Program-made: the position numbers and the translations under genes
NCBI GenBank assembly: GCA_944386805.1
Contig: CALXCO010000008.1
Coordinates: forward strand, 2,649 to 66,648
Direction: 5' to 3'
DNA length: 64,000 nucleotides
Source: an uncultured Clostridia bacterium
GTDB taxonomy: Bacteria > Bacillota > Clostridia > Oscillospirales > Ruminococcaceae
The notes under the pieces: model-generated
Told to the model about the DNA's origin: nothing
Seen by the model: the letters and a program-made list of their open reading frames with translations, nothing else
Databases searched by the model: none
Part shown: positions 26,933 through 35,752 of the stretch, piece by piece
Numbering within the stretch: position 1 is the first letter of the stretch
Layout: each line of letters opens with the position of its first letter

Positions 26933-29095
26933 TCAGGACATTAATGGAACCACCACGGTCCCGGCCTTTTTGTCCGGATTATACCATGCTCCCTGTGAAA
27001 TCGCCGCAACACCCTGTACAATCCGGTCACTGATTTTTACCGGCAACAGTGTTTCCCCGCGGTCATTGTACACCCGTACCGTCATGCCGTCCGTCAGTCC
27101 GCGTGCCTTCGCGTCCTCCGGGTGCATCCAGACGCATTGCGGGTCCAATACCGCAAGGGCAGGGTTTTTGTCGTGAACCGAATGACAGCGGCGCTTGGTA
27201 TGCCATCCAATCAGCTGGAGCGGGTAATGGGCGATTGCCGGGTCGGAAACCCCCTCTTTGCCCGGCAGATAGTTTGGCAGCGGCGAAACATACTCGGAAA
27301 AAGTGCCCTGATAAATTTCCTGAGAAAAGATTTCAATCCGTCCGCTTTGGGTCGGAAAAGGATGGGATACCGGGTCGGCGGCTTGCTGCGCAAACGCGAC
27401 ATATGGCGGCAATGGCTGATAGCGGTAAACGCCATTCGGTTTGGCTTCGTCATAAGGCGGCAGTTCCGGTTCTTTTTCCCGCAGTTCCTGATAGATTGCC
27501 CGCAGCCACTCATCCGTCGTCCGGCCAAGCGAAAATTCTTCGTACAGCCCCAGTTTCTTTGCGACCTCGCACAGCCAGTCATATTCAAACCGGCTCTCCC
27601 CGATCGGCTTGCAGACAGGGTTGATAAACCCGATAAAGTCGCCCACCATCCACGGCGTCACCAGATTGTCCCCTTCGAACAGGCTGGTTCCGGGCAGCAG
27701 AATATCGGCAAACTTTGCGCTCGCCGTCATAAACAGGTCGCTGACGACGATAAACTCGACCTTGCTCTCGTCCCGCAGGATTTCGGCGGTTTCATTGATA
27801 TTGCCGTGCTGGTTAATCAGCGCATTTCCGCCGAGATTCAGAATCATCTTAATCGAACCGGGCAGGTGAATATCCGGGCTGCGTTTCCCGTCGCAGGTCA
27901 CGCCGTCCAGTCCGGTCAGCTTTTCGCCGCAATCCGCCGCCTTGCTCCAGTTAAAGACCGGTATCTGATACCGGCAGGGATTTGTCACCCTTGGCAGATG
28001 GGGCTGTGCATGGCGCTGGATGTACCCCGGTCCGCCTGCCCATCCGCCGCTTACCCCGACGTTCCCGGTCAATGCTGCCAGCATAATGCCGCCGCGGGTG
28101 ACCTGTTCGCCGTTCTCCTGACGCTGCGGGCCATACCCCTGAATCAGGGCAGCAGGGTGTATTGTCGCGTACTGCTCCGCCAGCCAGATGATCGTCTCTT
28201 CCGGTACGCCGGTGATGGCGGACGCCCATGCCGGCGTTTTTTCGATGCCGTCCCTTGTCCCCATCAGGTAATCAAAATAACATAAGGTCGGGTCAATCCC
28301 CTCCGGCATATGCTCCCGGTCAAATCCGAGTGTGCACCGGCTGACAAAATCCCGATCATACAGTCCACGGGTGTAAATCCAGTAAGCCATCCCATCCGAC
28401 AACGCGGCGTCTGTTCCGGGACGGAGGCCAATCCACTTTGCATCCAGTTTCAGTGCCGTATCGTTCTTACGCGGGTCGATGACGATGATCGGGATGCCTT
28501 TTTCCTTCTCCTTTTTGAGCCAGAACATCTGGCCGTCAAACACCGTCTCGGCCGGATTGTGTCCCCATAGGATGATCAGCTTGGCGTCCAGCAGGGTGTC
28601 ATAGCTCGAACCGGTCATATTCGTCCCGTACATATACGGCGTCACGTAGGAAACACAGGCGGTCGAGTAGGAATTATAATAATCCAGAAAGCCGCCGTCC
28701 AGCGACAGCAGCCGTTTTGCCAGTCCCGGTCCGCGAAAAACCGCCGACGAACCGGTCGCATAATGGACATACCGGGATGCGGGACCATACTGGTCACGGA
28801 TGCGGACCCATTCGGATGCAATCCGGTCCACCGCTTCCTCCCAGCTGATCGGGACAAACTTCCCCTCTCCCCGCTTGCCGACCCGTTTCATCGGTGTGGT
28901 CAGACGGTCACGGAAAAAGGTCTGATGATAATGAATCCCACGTGCGCAGGCTGTCAGCGGCTGCTGGGTCGAATCGGCGCAGGCCGGTTCGGTGGAAATC
29001 CGCCTAATTTGGCCGTCCTGTACATGCAGGTGCAAAAGGCACCTGCCGCCGCAGTTGCCCATTCCCATCGTATGAATAATCTGTTCTTTTTCCAT
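26933..29095 (-). CDS. Molybdopterin (bis-MGD, DMSO-reductase superfamily) oxidoreductase, apparently cytoplasmic
   Basis: 720 aa. N-terminal HTMGMGNCGGRC...TACARG cluster-like motif and no signal/TAT peptide. Molybdopterin and C-terminal dinucleotide-binding regions. RBS GGGGAGG. Confidence 0.85.
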   Translation of the reverse strand: MEKEQIIHTMGMGNCGGRCLLHLHVQDGQIRRISTEPACADSTQQPLTACARGIHYHQTFFRDRLTTPMKRVGKRGEGKFVPISWEEAVDRIASEWVRIRDQYGPASRYVHYATGSSAVFRGPGLAKRLLSLDGGFLDYYNSYSTACVSYVTPYMYGTNMTGSSYDTLLDAKLIILWGHNPAETVFDGQMFWLKKEKEKGIPIIVIDPRKNDTALKLDAKWIGLRPGTDAALSDGMAYWIYTRGLYDRDFVSRCTLGFDREHMPEGIDPTLCYFDYLMGTRDGIEKTPAWASAITGVPEETIIWLAEQYATIHPAALIQGYGPQRQENGEQVTRGGIMLAALTGNVGVSGGWAGGPGYIQRHAQPHLPRVTNPCRYQIPVFNWSKAADCGEKLTGLDGVTCDGKRSPDIHLPGSIKMILNLGGNALINQHGNINETAEILRDESKVEFIVVSDLFMTASAKFADILLPGTSLFEGDNLVTPWMVGDFIGFINPVCKPIGESRFEYDWLCEVAKKLGLYEEFSLGRTTDEWLRAIYQELREKEPELPPYDEAKPNGVYRYQPLPPYVAFAQQAADPVSHPFPTQSGRIEIFSQEIYQGTFSEYVSPLPNYLPGKEGVSDPAIAHYPLQLIGWHTKRRCHSVHDKNPALAVLDPQCVWMHPEDAKARGLTDGMTVRVYNDRGETLLPVKISDRIVQGVAAISQGAWYNPDKKAGTVVVPLMS

Positions 29096-29175
29096 TGCAT
29101 ATCCTCCCCGCGGTCACCGGCCATCGACCACCGTATCTTCCCGTTCCGGGCAGAGAACCTCCGCCGCATGGCAAC

Positions 29176-29204
29176 ATGATACCATATCTTTGCCGCCGGT
29201 GCAA
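29176..29204 (-). promoter_or_regulatory. Promoter of the molybdoenzyme-mobA unit
   Basis: TTGCAC-N17-TATCAT on the minus strand, just after the OFOR terminator. Confidence 0.55.
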
Positions 29205-29215
29205 GGGTTCCATAT

Positions 29216-29250
29216 GCAAAAACGCGCCGCAGGATATTCCCACGGCGCGT
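29216..29250 (-). terminator. Terminator after the OFOR beta subunit
   Basis: ACGCGCCG-loop-CGGCGCGT followed by TTTTTG on the minus strand. Confidence 0.75.
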
Positions 29251-29277
29251 CTATTCCCGATGATAACAGGTCAGCTA

Positions 29278-30213
29278 TCAGCGGCATTTTGCCAGCAGCT
29301 CTTCCCATTTCTTATCGACGTATTTCTGTGCTTCTTCGATGGTCCATTCATTGCCCGGCTTGAAGCAGTGTTTGAATCTGCCCTGAAGGCGCATAAATTC
29401 CTCGACCGGCAGTTTCTGTTTCGGCTCATAGTTCAGTTTCCAGACGCCGTTCTCCACCTCGTACAGCGGCCAGACACAGGTCTCGACCGCCATCTTGCAG
29501 ATTTTCGCAAAATCGGACGCGTCATACTGCCAGCCACGCGGACAGGGCGACAGTACATTGACAAATGCCGGTCCTTCGGTGTAAATCGCCTTGTGTGCCT
29601 TTTCATGGAAGTCCTTCATATTGCCGATAAAGGTCGTCTGGGCTGCATACGGAATTCCGTGTGCAACGACAATCTGTGTGAGGTCCTTTTTGTTCTGGAC
29701 CTTACCGGTCGAGCAGGTACCGGAAGGGGTCGTTGTTGCGTTGGCAAAGCGAGGGGTCGAGGACGAACGCTGGATGCCGGTATTCATATACGCTTCGTTG
29801 TCGTAGCAGAAGTAGGTATAGTCATGGCCTCTCTCCATCGCGCCGGAGAGCGACTGCAAACCGATATCATAGGTACCGCCGTCGCCGCCGATTGCAAGCA
29901 CCTTGATTTTTGCATCGGGAGAAATCTTTCCCCGCTTTTTCAGCACACGAATCGCCGTCTCTACGCCGCCGGCAACCGCCGACGTGTTTTCAAACGCAAC
30001 ATGGATATAAGAATCTTCCCACGCGGTAAACGGATAAAGGAAGGACGAAACTTCCAGACAGGAAGTCGCATTGCAGATCACCGCCTGATCGCCCGGATCA
30101 AGCGCCCGCAGCATCGCACGGGAGGTTACACCCGCACCACAGCCCGCACAAAGGCGGTGACCACTGGCAAACCGTTCCGGCTTTGCCAGCTCCTGTTTCA
30201 GATTATATGCCAT
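29278..30213 (-). CDS. 2-oxoacid:ferredoxin oxidoreductase beta subunit (TPP-binding)
   Basis: 311 aa. CAGCG..., GGDGGTYDIG TPP motif. RBS AAGGAGG. Confidence 0.9.
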   Translation of the reverse strand: MAYNLKQELAKPERFASGHRLCAGCGAGVTSRAMLRALDPGDQAVICNATSCLEVSSFLYPFTAWEDSYIHVAFENTSAVAGGVETAIRVLKKRGKISPDAKIKVLAIGGDGGTYDIGLQSLSGAMERGHDYTYFCYDNEAYMNTGIQRSSSTPRFANATTTPSGTCSTGKVQNKKDLTQIVVAHGIPYAAQTTFIGNMKDFHEKAHKAIYTEGPAFVNVLSPCPRGWQYDASDFAKICKMAVETCVWPLYEVENGVWKLNYEPKQKLPVEEFMRLQGRFKHCFKPGNEWTIEEAQKYVDKKWEELLAKCR

Positions 30214-30227
30214 TGTCTGTTCCTCCT

Positions 30228-31427
30228 TTATACAGTCGGTTCGCGCAGATCACGCTGACCCATATGGTTGTATACCGGGCCGCGGTCACCTGTCTCGACC
30301 ATCTTCATCAGCCGGTTGTATACCCGCTCAATATCCTCGGTCGCGCAGTCACGTCCGCCCAATCCGTAGACAACATCGATCATCATCGGACGGTTTTCCA
30401 GATCATAGCAGGCGCTTCTGACCTCATGGAACAGCGGGCCGCCGTCGGCGGCAAAGCATTCCGACTTGTCCATGACCGCCACGGCTTTGACATGGGACAG
30501 TGCCGCTGCCAGTTCCTCAGCCGGGAAGGGACGGAAGACACGTACTTTAATCATGCCGACCTTTTTGCCCTCGGCACGCAGGGCATCCACTTCTGCCCTT
30601 GCGGTACCGGCGGTCGAACCGATCAGGACAATCGCAACCTCGGCATCTTCCATGCGATACTCTTCAAAAAAGCTGTATTTTCTGCCGGTCATCTTTTCAA
30701 ACGCTGCGGCCACTTCGAGAATCCGCTTTTTCGCGTTCTTCATTGCCTCTGCCTGCTGGACCTTATGCTCCATATAGTAGGGGCAGGTGTCATACGGGCC
30801 GACCGCAAGCGGCTGTTCCCTGCCGACCAGTGCGGCTTCCGGGTTATATTCGCCGACAAAATCCCTGACCAGCTCATCTTCGACCAGCTCGATATTTTCG
30901 ACCGCATGAGAGGTGATAAAACCATCCTGGCAGACCATGACCGGCAGCCGGACTTCCGGATCTTCGCCGATCGGCATCGCCTGCAGGTAGTTGTCGTAGA
31001 CTTCCTGGTTATTTTCCGCGTACAGCTGAATCCAGCCTGCATCCCGCGCACCCATCGAGTCAGAATGGTCGTTGTTGATGTTGATCGGGCCGGTCAGTGC
31101 ACGGTTTGCAACCGCCATTACGATCGGCAGCCGCATCGAGGCCGCTACGTACAGCACTTCATACATATACGCAAGTCCGCAGGACGAAGTCGCGGTAATC
31201 GCACGGGCACCGGCTGCCTCGGCACCGATACAGGTGGACATCGACGAATGTTCCGATTCAACGGTGACAAACTCGGTATCGACTTTCCCGTCTGCCGCAT
31301 ACTGGGCAAAATACTGCGGGATTTCGGTCGAAGGGGTGATCGGAAAAGCGGCAAATACGTCCGGGTTGATCTGCTTCATCGCAAATGCAACCGCTTCATT
31401 GCCGGAGAGACGTTCACGAATAGCCAT
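30228..31427 (-). CDS. 2-oxoacid:ferredoxin oxidoreductase alpha subunit
   Basis: Start at ATG 31427 (MAIRERLSGNEAVAFA), overlapping the delta-subunit stop (TAATG). Confidence 0.9.
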   Translation of the reverse strand: MAIRERLSGNEAVAFAMKQINPDVFAAFPITPSTEIPQYFAQYAADGKVDTEFVTVESEHSSMSTCIGAEAAGARAITATSSCGLAYMYEVLYVAASMRLPIVMAVANRALTGPININNDHSDSMGARDAGWIQLYAENNQEVYDNYLQAMPIGEDPEVRLPVMVCQDGFITSHAVENIELVEDELVRDFVGEYNPEAALVGREQPLAVGPYDTCPYYMEHKVQQAEAMKNAKKRILEVAAAFEKMTGRKYSFFEEYRMEDAEVAIVLIGSTAGTARAEVDALRAEGKKVGMIKVRVFRPFPAEELAAALSHVKAVAVMDKSECFAADGGPLFHEVRSACYDLENRPMMIDVVYGLGGRDCATEDIERVYNRLMKMVETGDRGPVYNHMGQRDLREPTV

Positions 31428-31732
31428 TACTTTTCTTCCTCCTTTTCCATCCGAATTGCACCGAAAGGACATACCTTCGCACAAATGCCGCATCCCTTGC
31501 AGTGATAGAGGTCAAAATCCTCCCGTTTGCCATCCTTGACCGGGATGGAGCCGTCGGGACAGTAGGGCGCACAGAGCAGACACTGTTTACATTTTTCCGT
31601 ATCCCAGACCGGCAGGTTGGAACGCCAGTCGCCGGTTTTCACTGCCTTGGAAGTCCCGCCGCCGCAGATCTCGCCGCCCGGCGTCAGCTCCTGCCAGGCA
31701 CAGGATTCGTGGATATCGCTAGCCTTGATCAT
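31427..31732 (-). CDS. 2-oxoacid:ferredoxin oxidoreductase delta subunit (2x[4Fe-4S] ferredoxin)
   Basis: 101 aa. CKQCLLCAPYCP and CKGCGICAKVCP motifs. Confidence 0.9.
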   Translation of the reverse strand: MIKASDIHESCAWQELTPGGEICGGGTSKAVKTGDWRSNLPVWDTEKCKQCLLCAPYCPDGSIPVKDGKREDFDLYHCKGCGICAKVCPFGAIRMEKEEEK

Positions 31733-31766
31733 AATCCTTGTTCATTCCTTTCTGTTGCGGTCCGGC

Positions 31767-32345
31767 TCAGCCTTCCCGTACCTGCTGCATTGCCATCTGC
31801 AATGCCTTCATATTGCCCTCAATGACCTGAGGCTTGGTCGCAAATTTATGCTGGAACGATGCCCGCATGTCCTGGACGAACCGCTCCGGGTCGACAACGC
31901 CCGAAACTTTGACAACGGCTGCCAGCATCGGGGTGTTCGGGAAATACCGGCCGAGCGCCTCTTCCGAAATCTTCCGTGCATCAATTGTGCAGACCCTTCC
32001 GGCATAACCGCCCAACATCGGACGCAGTTCTTCGGGAGAACGTTCGCTGTTGATGATGATCGCACCAGTCTCCTTCAGGCCGGCAGTGACGTCGACGCTC
32101 TTGAGCAGCGTCTCATCGACGACAACGACATAATCAGGGTGATAAATATTCGAATGGATGGTACAGCGGGTGTCGCTGATGCGGTTATAGGCGGTGATCG
32201 GCGCCCTCATCCGTTCAGGTCCGTATTCCGGGAACCCCTGCACATACTTTCCGGATGCAAAAGCAGCGTCGGCAAGCAGCAGGCAGGCGGTCTTCGCGCC
32301 CTGTCCGCCACGGCCATGCCAGCGAATTTCAGTCATGGTGCTCAT
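31767..32345 (-). CDS. 2-oxoacid:ferredoxin oxidoreductase gamma subunit
   Basis: Start moved to ATG 32345 (MSTMTEIRWHGRGGQGAKTA) after AAAGGAAAC. Confidence 0.88.
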   Translation of the reverse strand: MSTMTEIRWHGRGGQGAKTACLLLADAAFASGKYVQGFPEYGPERMRAPITAYNRISDTRCTIHSNIYHPDYVVVVDETLLKSVDVTAGLKETGAIIINSERSPEELRPMLGGYAGRVCTIDARKISEEALGRYFPNTPMLAAVVKVSGVVDPERFVQDMRASFQHKFATKPQVIEGNMKALQMAMQQVREG

Positions 32346-32447
32346 GCTTGATCGTTTCCTTTCTGTTTGGGTATCTGTCCTTGTATTGCGCACAAATCAC
32401 AGGTGAACTGTCCACCTCAATACTTGTCCGACAACTGGAATAGTTTT

Positions 32448-32476
32448 ATTATATCCCCATTTTTCGGCCTTGTCAA
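32448..32476 (-). promoter_or_regulatory. Perfect-consensus promoter of the OFOR operon
   Basis: TTGACA-N17-TATAAT on the minus strand. Predicts a ~95-nt leader. Confidence 0.7.
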
Positions 32477-32657
32477 CCAGAATTTCCCGCATTTTTTCAT
32501 TTTTCTGTTCTCTGTGGCAGATAGAGCAAAAATTCATTTGCAAATATGTCCGCCCATCGTGGACTACTTTCTGCTGCAAAACCTTCCGGGCATTCATTTT
32601 CACCAGTTTTTTTGGTCATGTATTTGGCAATCAGCCGCCTTTTTAAGCGAAAGCTGC

Positions 32658-32694
32658 ACAAAAACCGGCCTGAACCCATTGTCAGACCGGTTTT
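32658..32694 (-). terminator. Terminator after the TetR gene
   Basis: AACCGGTCTGA-loop-TCAGGCCGGTT plus TTTTT. One position pairs (G-U) only in the minus-strand RNA. Confidence 0.8.
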
Positions 32695-32743
32695 ATTGCA
32701 AAATCTGTATTTTATGAAAATACACCTGTATCTGTGCAGAAAA

Positions 32744-33337
32744 TTATTCCGGTACCCGCAGACTGTCCCGTATAATCCCGCAGATCGCCGGACGCAGCCG
32801 TGCAATGTCCTCCGGCTCACCCCGCATAATCGACGAATAGGCGACGCTGCCGCACATCGACACCAGACAGTACACCCGTCTGATCAGTTCCTCTTCACTC
32901 TTTCCGGACAGCTCAGCCTGATGGCGCAGATCGTTGCGCAGCGACTGCCAGACCGGGTTGCCGGTTGCGTTCATCCGTTCCCGGAAGGCAGGCCAGCGGA
33001 ATCCGCGTTCGATAAATCCGAGCAGCGGCCGGTTTGCTTCAAAAAAGTCCAGCAGTGCACCGGCCAGCAGCGTCATATCCTCGGCAAAATCCCCTGTCCG
33101 TACCGCACACATTTTCAGATAAGCTTCTTCCAGAATCTGGCGGGACACCACCACGACCACCGCCGTCACGATGTCCTGCTTGTCACGAAAATACAGATAA
33201 AACGTTCCCTTCGCGACTCCGGCAGCCTCGGTGATATCGCCGACACTGGTGTTTTCCATCCCCTGTTTTAAAAACAGGGTGTAGGCTGCCTGCATCAGTG
33301 CCGCTTTTTTCTTCTGCTTTTTCAGCTCAATTTTCAT
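32744..33337 (-). CDS. TetR/AcrR family transcriptional regulator
   Basis: 197 aa. HTH region TSVGDITEAAGVAKGTFYLYFRDKQDI. Confidence 0.9.
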   Translation of the reverse strand: MKIELKKQKKKAALMQAAYTLFLKQGMENTSVGDITEAAGVAKGTFYLYFRDKQDIVTAVVVVVSRQILEEAYLKMCAVRTGDFAEDMTLLAGALLDFFEANRPLLGFIERGFRWPAFRERMNATGNPVWQSLRNDLRHQAELSGKSEEELIRRVYCLVSMCGSVAYSSIMRGEPEDIARLRPAICGIIRDSLRVPE

Positions 33338-33340
33338 TGT

Positions 33341-34324
33341 TTATTTCAACAGTCCCCGCATTTTCAGATGGTGGTACAAAGCGCCGACCATATTGGCCTC
33401 GTTATGGAAGGTGCAGGGGCAGATATGCACCTGCGGATAAAAAGCGGAGTATTTGGAAAGCGGGTTATTGGCATTCAGATACTCGGCTTTCTTTTGCAGC
33501 ATCTCCAGCAGCATCGGTTCGCGGGAAATCCCGCCGCCGATTGCGACCACATCCAGGTCAAGCAATGCCGTCATGTTATATGCCTGGCCGACAATCTCAT
33601 CGCAGGTCTTATCCAGAATCGCCAGGACTGCCGGATCGCCCTCTTTGGCCAGCTGGAACAGCTTGAAGCCATCCATGTCAGACGGCTGCATGCCTTTGGC
33701 ATACGCCGCCTTCATGCACATTCCCATTGCCGAATCAGAGGAAAAACCAGTCGCCATGTTCAGCGGATTTGCGATATCATTGGTCATATAGCTCATCTCA
33801 CCGGCTGAAAAGCGCCGGCCGCGGACGATCTTCCCGTCGACGATAATGCCGCCGGCAATACCGGTCCCCAGTGCGATGACGGCGCCGTTCTGTACCCCTT
33901 GCAGCGAACCTTTCCAGTATTCGGCGAGCACGGCACATTTGCCGTCATTTTCCAGCGTACAGGGAATGCCGAAATGTTCGGTCATCATCTCGCCGAGCGG
34001 CTGGCCTGCCGCAAACAAGAATGCGCCGCCGGAATAGCAATACCCCTTTTCGGCGTCATTGACGCCGGGAAAACTCATGGCAATCCCGTCGACTTCGCCT
34101 TTCAGCGGCTGATAGACGCCATCCAGCAATTCCAGATACTTTTCAACTGAATCCAGTTCCCCTTCGAGTTTGACTTCCTCTCCGTCCGGTTGCTGAGCCA
34201 ATGCCGCCGTATTGAGCGAGTGGGTCGGAATTTTGGGGAGCATCTGGAGAATATTGCCCTCTCCGTCCATCACGCTGGGTTTGATAAAAGTCCCGCCGTT
34301 ATCGATTACAAGATACTTTGCCAT
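33341..34324 (-). CDS. ROK-like sugar kinase/ASKHA-fold protein lacking the ROK zinc motif
   Basis: Start moved to ATG 34324 (MAKYLVIDNGGTFIK). ALGTGIAGGIIVDGKIVRGRRFSAGE is present, but there is no CxCGxxGC motif. Confidence 0.8.
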   Translation of the reverse strand: MAKYLVIDNGGTFIKPSVMDGEGNILQMLPKIPTHSLNTAALAQQPDGEEVKLEGELDSVEKYLELLDGVYQPLKGEVDGIAMSFPGVNDAEKGYCYSGGAFLFAAGQPLGEMMTEHFGIPCTLENDGKCAVLAEYWKGSLQGVQNGAVIALGTGIAGGIIVDGKIVRGRRFSAGEMSYMTNDIANPLNMATGFSSDSAMGMCMKAAYAKGMQPSDMDGFKLFQLAKEGDPAVLAILDKTCDEIVGQAYNMTALLDLDVVAIGGGISREPMLLEMLQKKAEYLNANNPLSKYSAFYPQVHICPCTFHNEANMVGALYHHLKMRGLLK

Positions 34325-34370
34325 GTATAATACCACCGTTCCTTGTATGTTTGTACATTTTTCTGTGTAC

Positions 34371-34399
34371 ATTGTAACATTTTCTGCGCACTTTTGCAA
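34371..34399 (-). promoter_or_regulatory. Promoter of the ROK-like/TetR unit
   Basis: TTGCAA-N17-TACAAT on the minus strand. Followed by two TGTACA palindromic hexamers (34352-34357, 34366-34371). Confidence 0.55.
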
Positions 34400-34457
34400 C
34401 AACCGGCGGACATTTTATCCCGATTGTTTCAGATACAGGGACGGTGATTCTATACGA

Positions 34458-35153
34458 TTATTGAAATCCGGCCCGCAGCCGTTCCAGCGCCTTTTTTTCA
34501 ATACGCGACACATAGCTCCGGCTGATGCCCAGCTTTTCCGACACCTCCAGCTGTGTCTGCGGTCTGCCGCCCGACAGCCCGTATCGCAGGGTGATGATCA
34601 TCCGTTCCCTTGGACTGAGGGCACTGCGCACCAGCTCATGCAGCTTTTCGCTGTCCATCTTGAGGTCGACTGCTTCGGCGATGTCAGTTTCGTCCGCGAT
34701 TAAGTCAAACAGGGTCAGTGGGTTTCCGTCCCGGTCGGTTTCGATCGGGTCATTGATCGAAACATCGTTGCTGTTCTTTTTCAATGAACGGAAGTGCATC
34801 AGGATTTCATTGGTCACGCATTTGGCCGCATAACTGGAAAAACGAATCTTCTTTTCGGGTGAAAAAGTCTCGACCGCTTTAATCAGCCCGATACAGCCGA
34901 TCGAAAACAGGTCATCCCCGCTCCCGGAGCGGGCATATTTGCTGACGATGTGGGAAACCAGCCGCAGGTTGTGCTCGATCAGTTTATCCCGTGCCGCCTT
35001 TTTCTGCGCACCGGTCCCCTGCTCCATCTGGACAAAAAGAGCCGCCTCCTCCTGTCGGGAAAGCGGTCGTGGAAAGGACAACCCTCTGTCGCCGCGCTCG
35101 GCGTGCAGGGCAAGAAACGGAAACCGCATAAACAGTTGCAGCAATAACCACAT
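34458..35153 (-). CDS. sigK: Sporulation sigma factor, pro-sigma-K type
   Basis: LIEHNLRLVSHIV, ILMHFRSLKK.SNDVSINDPI and GISRSYVSRIEKKAL match SigK better than SigE. Start at ATG 35153 (MWLLLQLFMRFPFL..., hydrophobic pro-sequence) after GGGGAGG. Confidence 0.85.
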   Translation of the reverse strand: MWLLLQLFMRFPFLALHAERGDRGLSFPRPLSRQEEAALFVQMEQGTGAQKKAARDKLIEHNLRLVSHIVSKYARSGSGDDLFSIGCIGLIKAVETFSPEKKIRFSSYAAKCVTNEILMHFRSLKKNSNDVSINDPIETDRDGNPLTLFDLIADETDIAEAVDLKMDSEKLHELVRSALSPRERMIITLRYGLSGGRPQTQLEVSEKLGISRSYVSRIEKKALERLRAGFQ

Positions 35154-35350
35154 ATCGGACAACCTCCCCTTCCGGTAAAGCCCGTCGGCAAAAACTTCAT
35201 CTCTCATCTTTATGCGATATTCCGATAAAAAAGCACGCTTTGTCCCAAACAACGATTGATGAATCGGGCAATGCGTGCTAAACTATAGTCAGGAAGATGC
35301 GGCAAATGTGCGGCGTCCTCTGAATATCAACATATACAAGGAGACGCTCT

Positions 35351-35752
35351 ATGAAAGTCGCGTTTATCTGTGTACACAACTCCTGCCGCAGCCAGATTGC
35401 AGAAGCGCTCGGCAGATATCTGGCAGGTGACGTATTTGAAAGCTATTCTGCCGGAACCGAAACCAAACCCCAGATCAATCAGGACGCCGTCCGGCTGATG
35501 AAGGAAATCTATGGCATCGATATGGAGGCGACACAGTATTCCAAGCTGCTGGCGGATATTCCGCCAGTGGATGTCGTCATCACAATGGGCTGTAATGTAC
35601 AGTGCCCGTTCCTTCCCTGCAAATACCGGGAAGACTGGGGGTTGGATGACCCGACCGGCAAGGACGATCAGGCTTTTCGTCTGGTGATTGCCGCCATTGA
35701 GAAAAATATCCTCCACCTGAAAGAACGGATTTTGCGAAAGGAGCTGCCGTAA
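35351..35752 (+). CDS. arsC: Arsenate reductase, thioredoxin-coupled LMW-PTP type
   Basis: 133 aa. CVHNSCRS P-loop plus downstream Cys pair (GCNVQCPFLPC). Confidence 0.85.
   Translation: MKVAFICVHNSCRSQIAEALGRYLAGDVFESYSAGTETKPQINQDAVRLMKEIYGIDMEATQYSKLLADIPPVDVVITMGCNVQCPFLPCKYREDWGLDDPTGKDDQAFRLVIAAIEKNILHLKERILRKELP

Noticed and set aside
29096-29175. Moco riboswitch in the leader of the molybdoenzyme gene.
   Set aside because: The leader is only about 80 nt, roughly half the size of the Moco motif. I could not find its conserved elements.
32397-32603. 68-aa ORF (MKMNARKVLQQKVVHDGRTYLQMNFCSICHREQ...) in the A+T-rich spacer.
   Set aside because: It has no RBS and a GTG start in an A-run. 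It is spanned by the perfect OFOR promoter. At best it is a decayed gene fragment.
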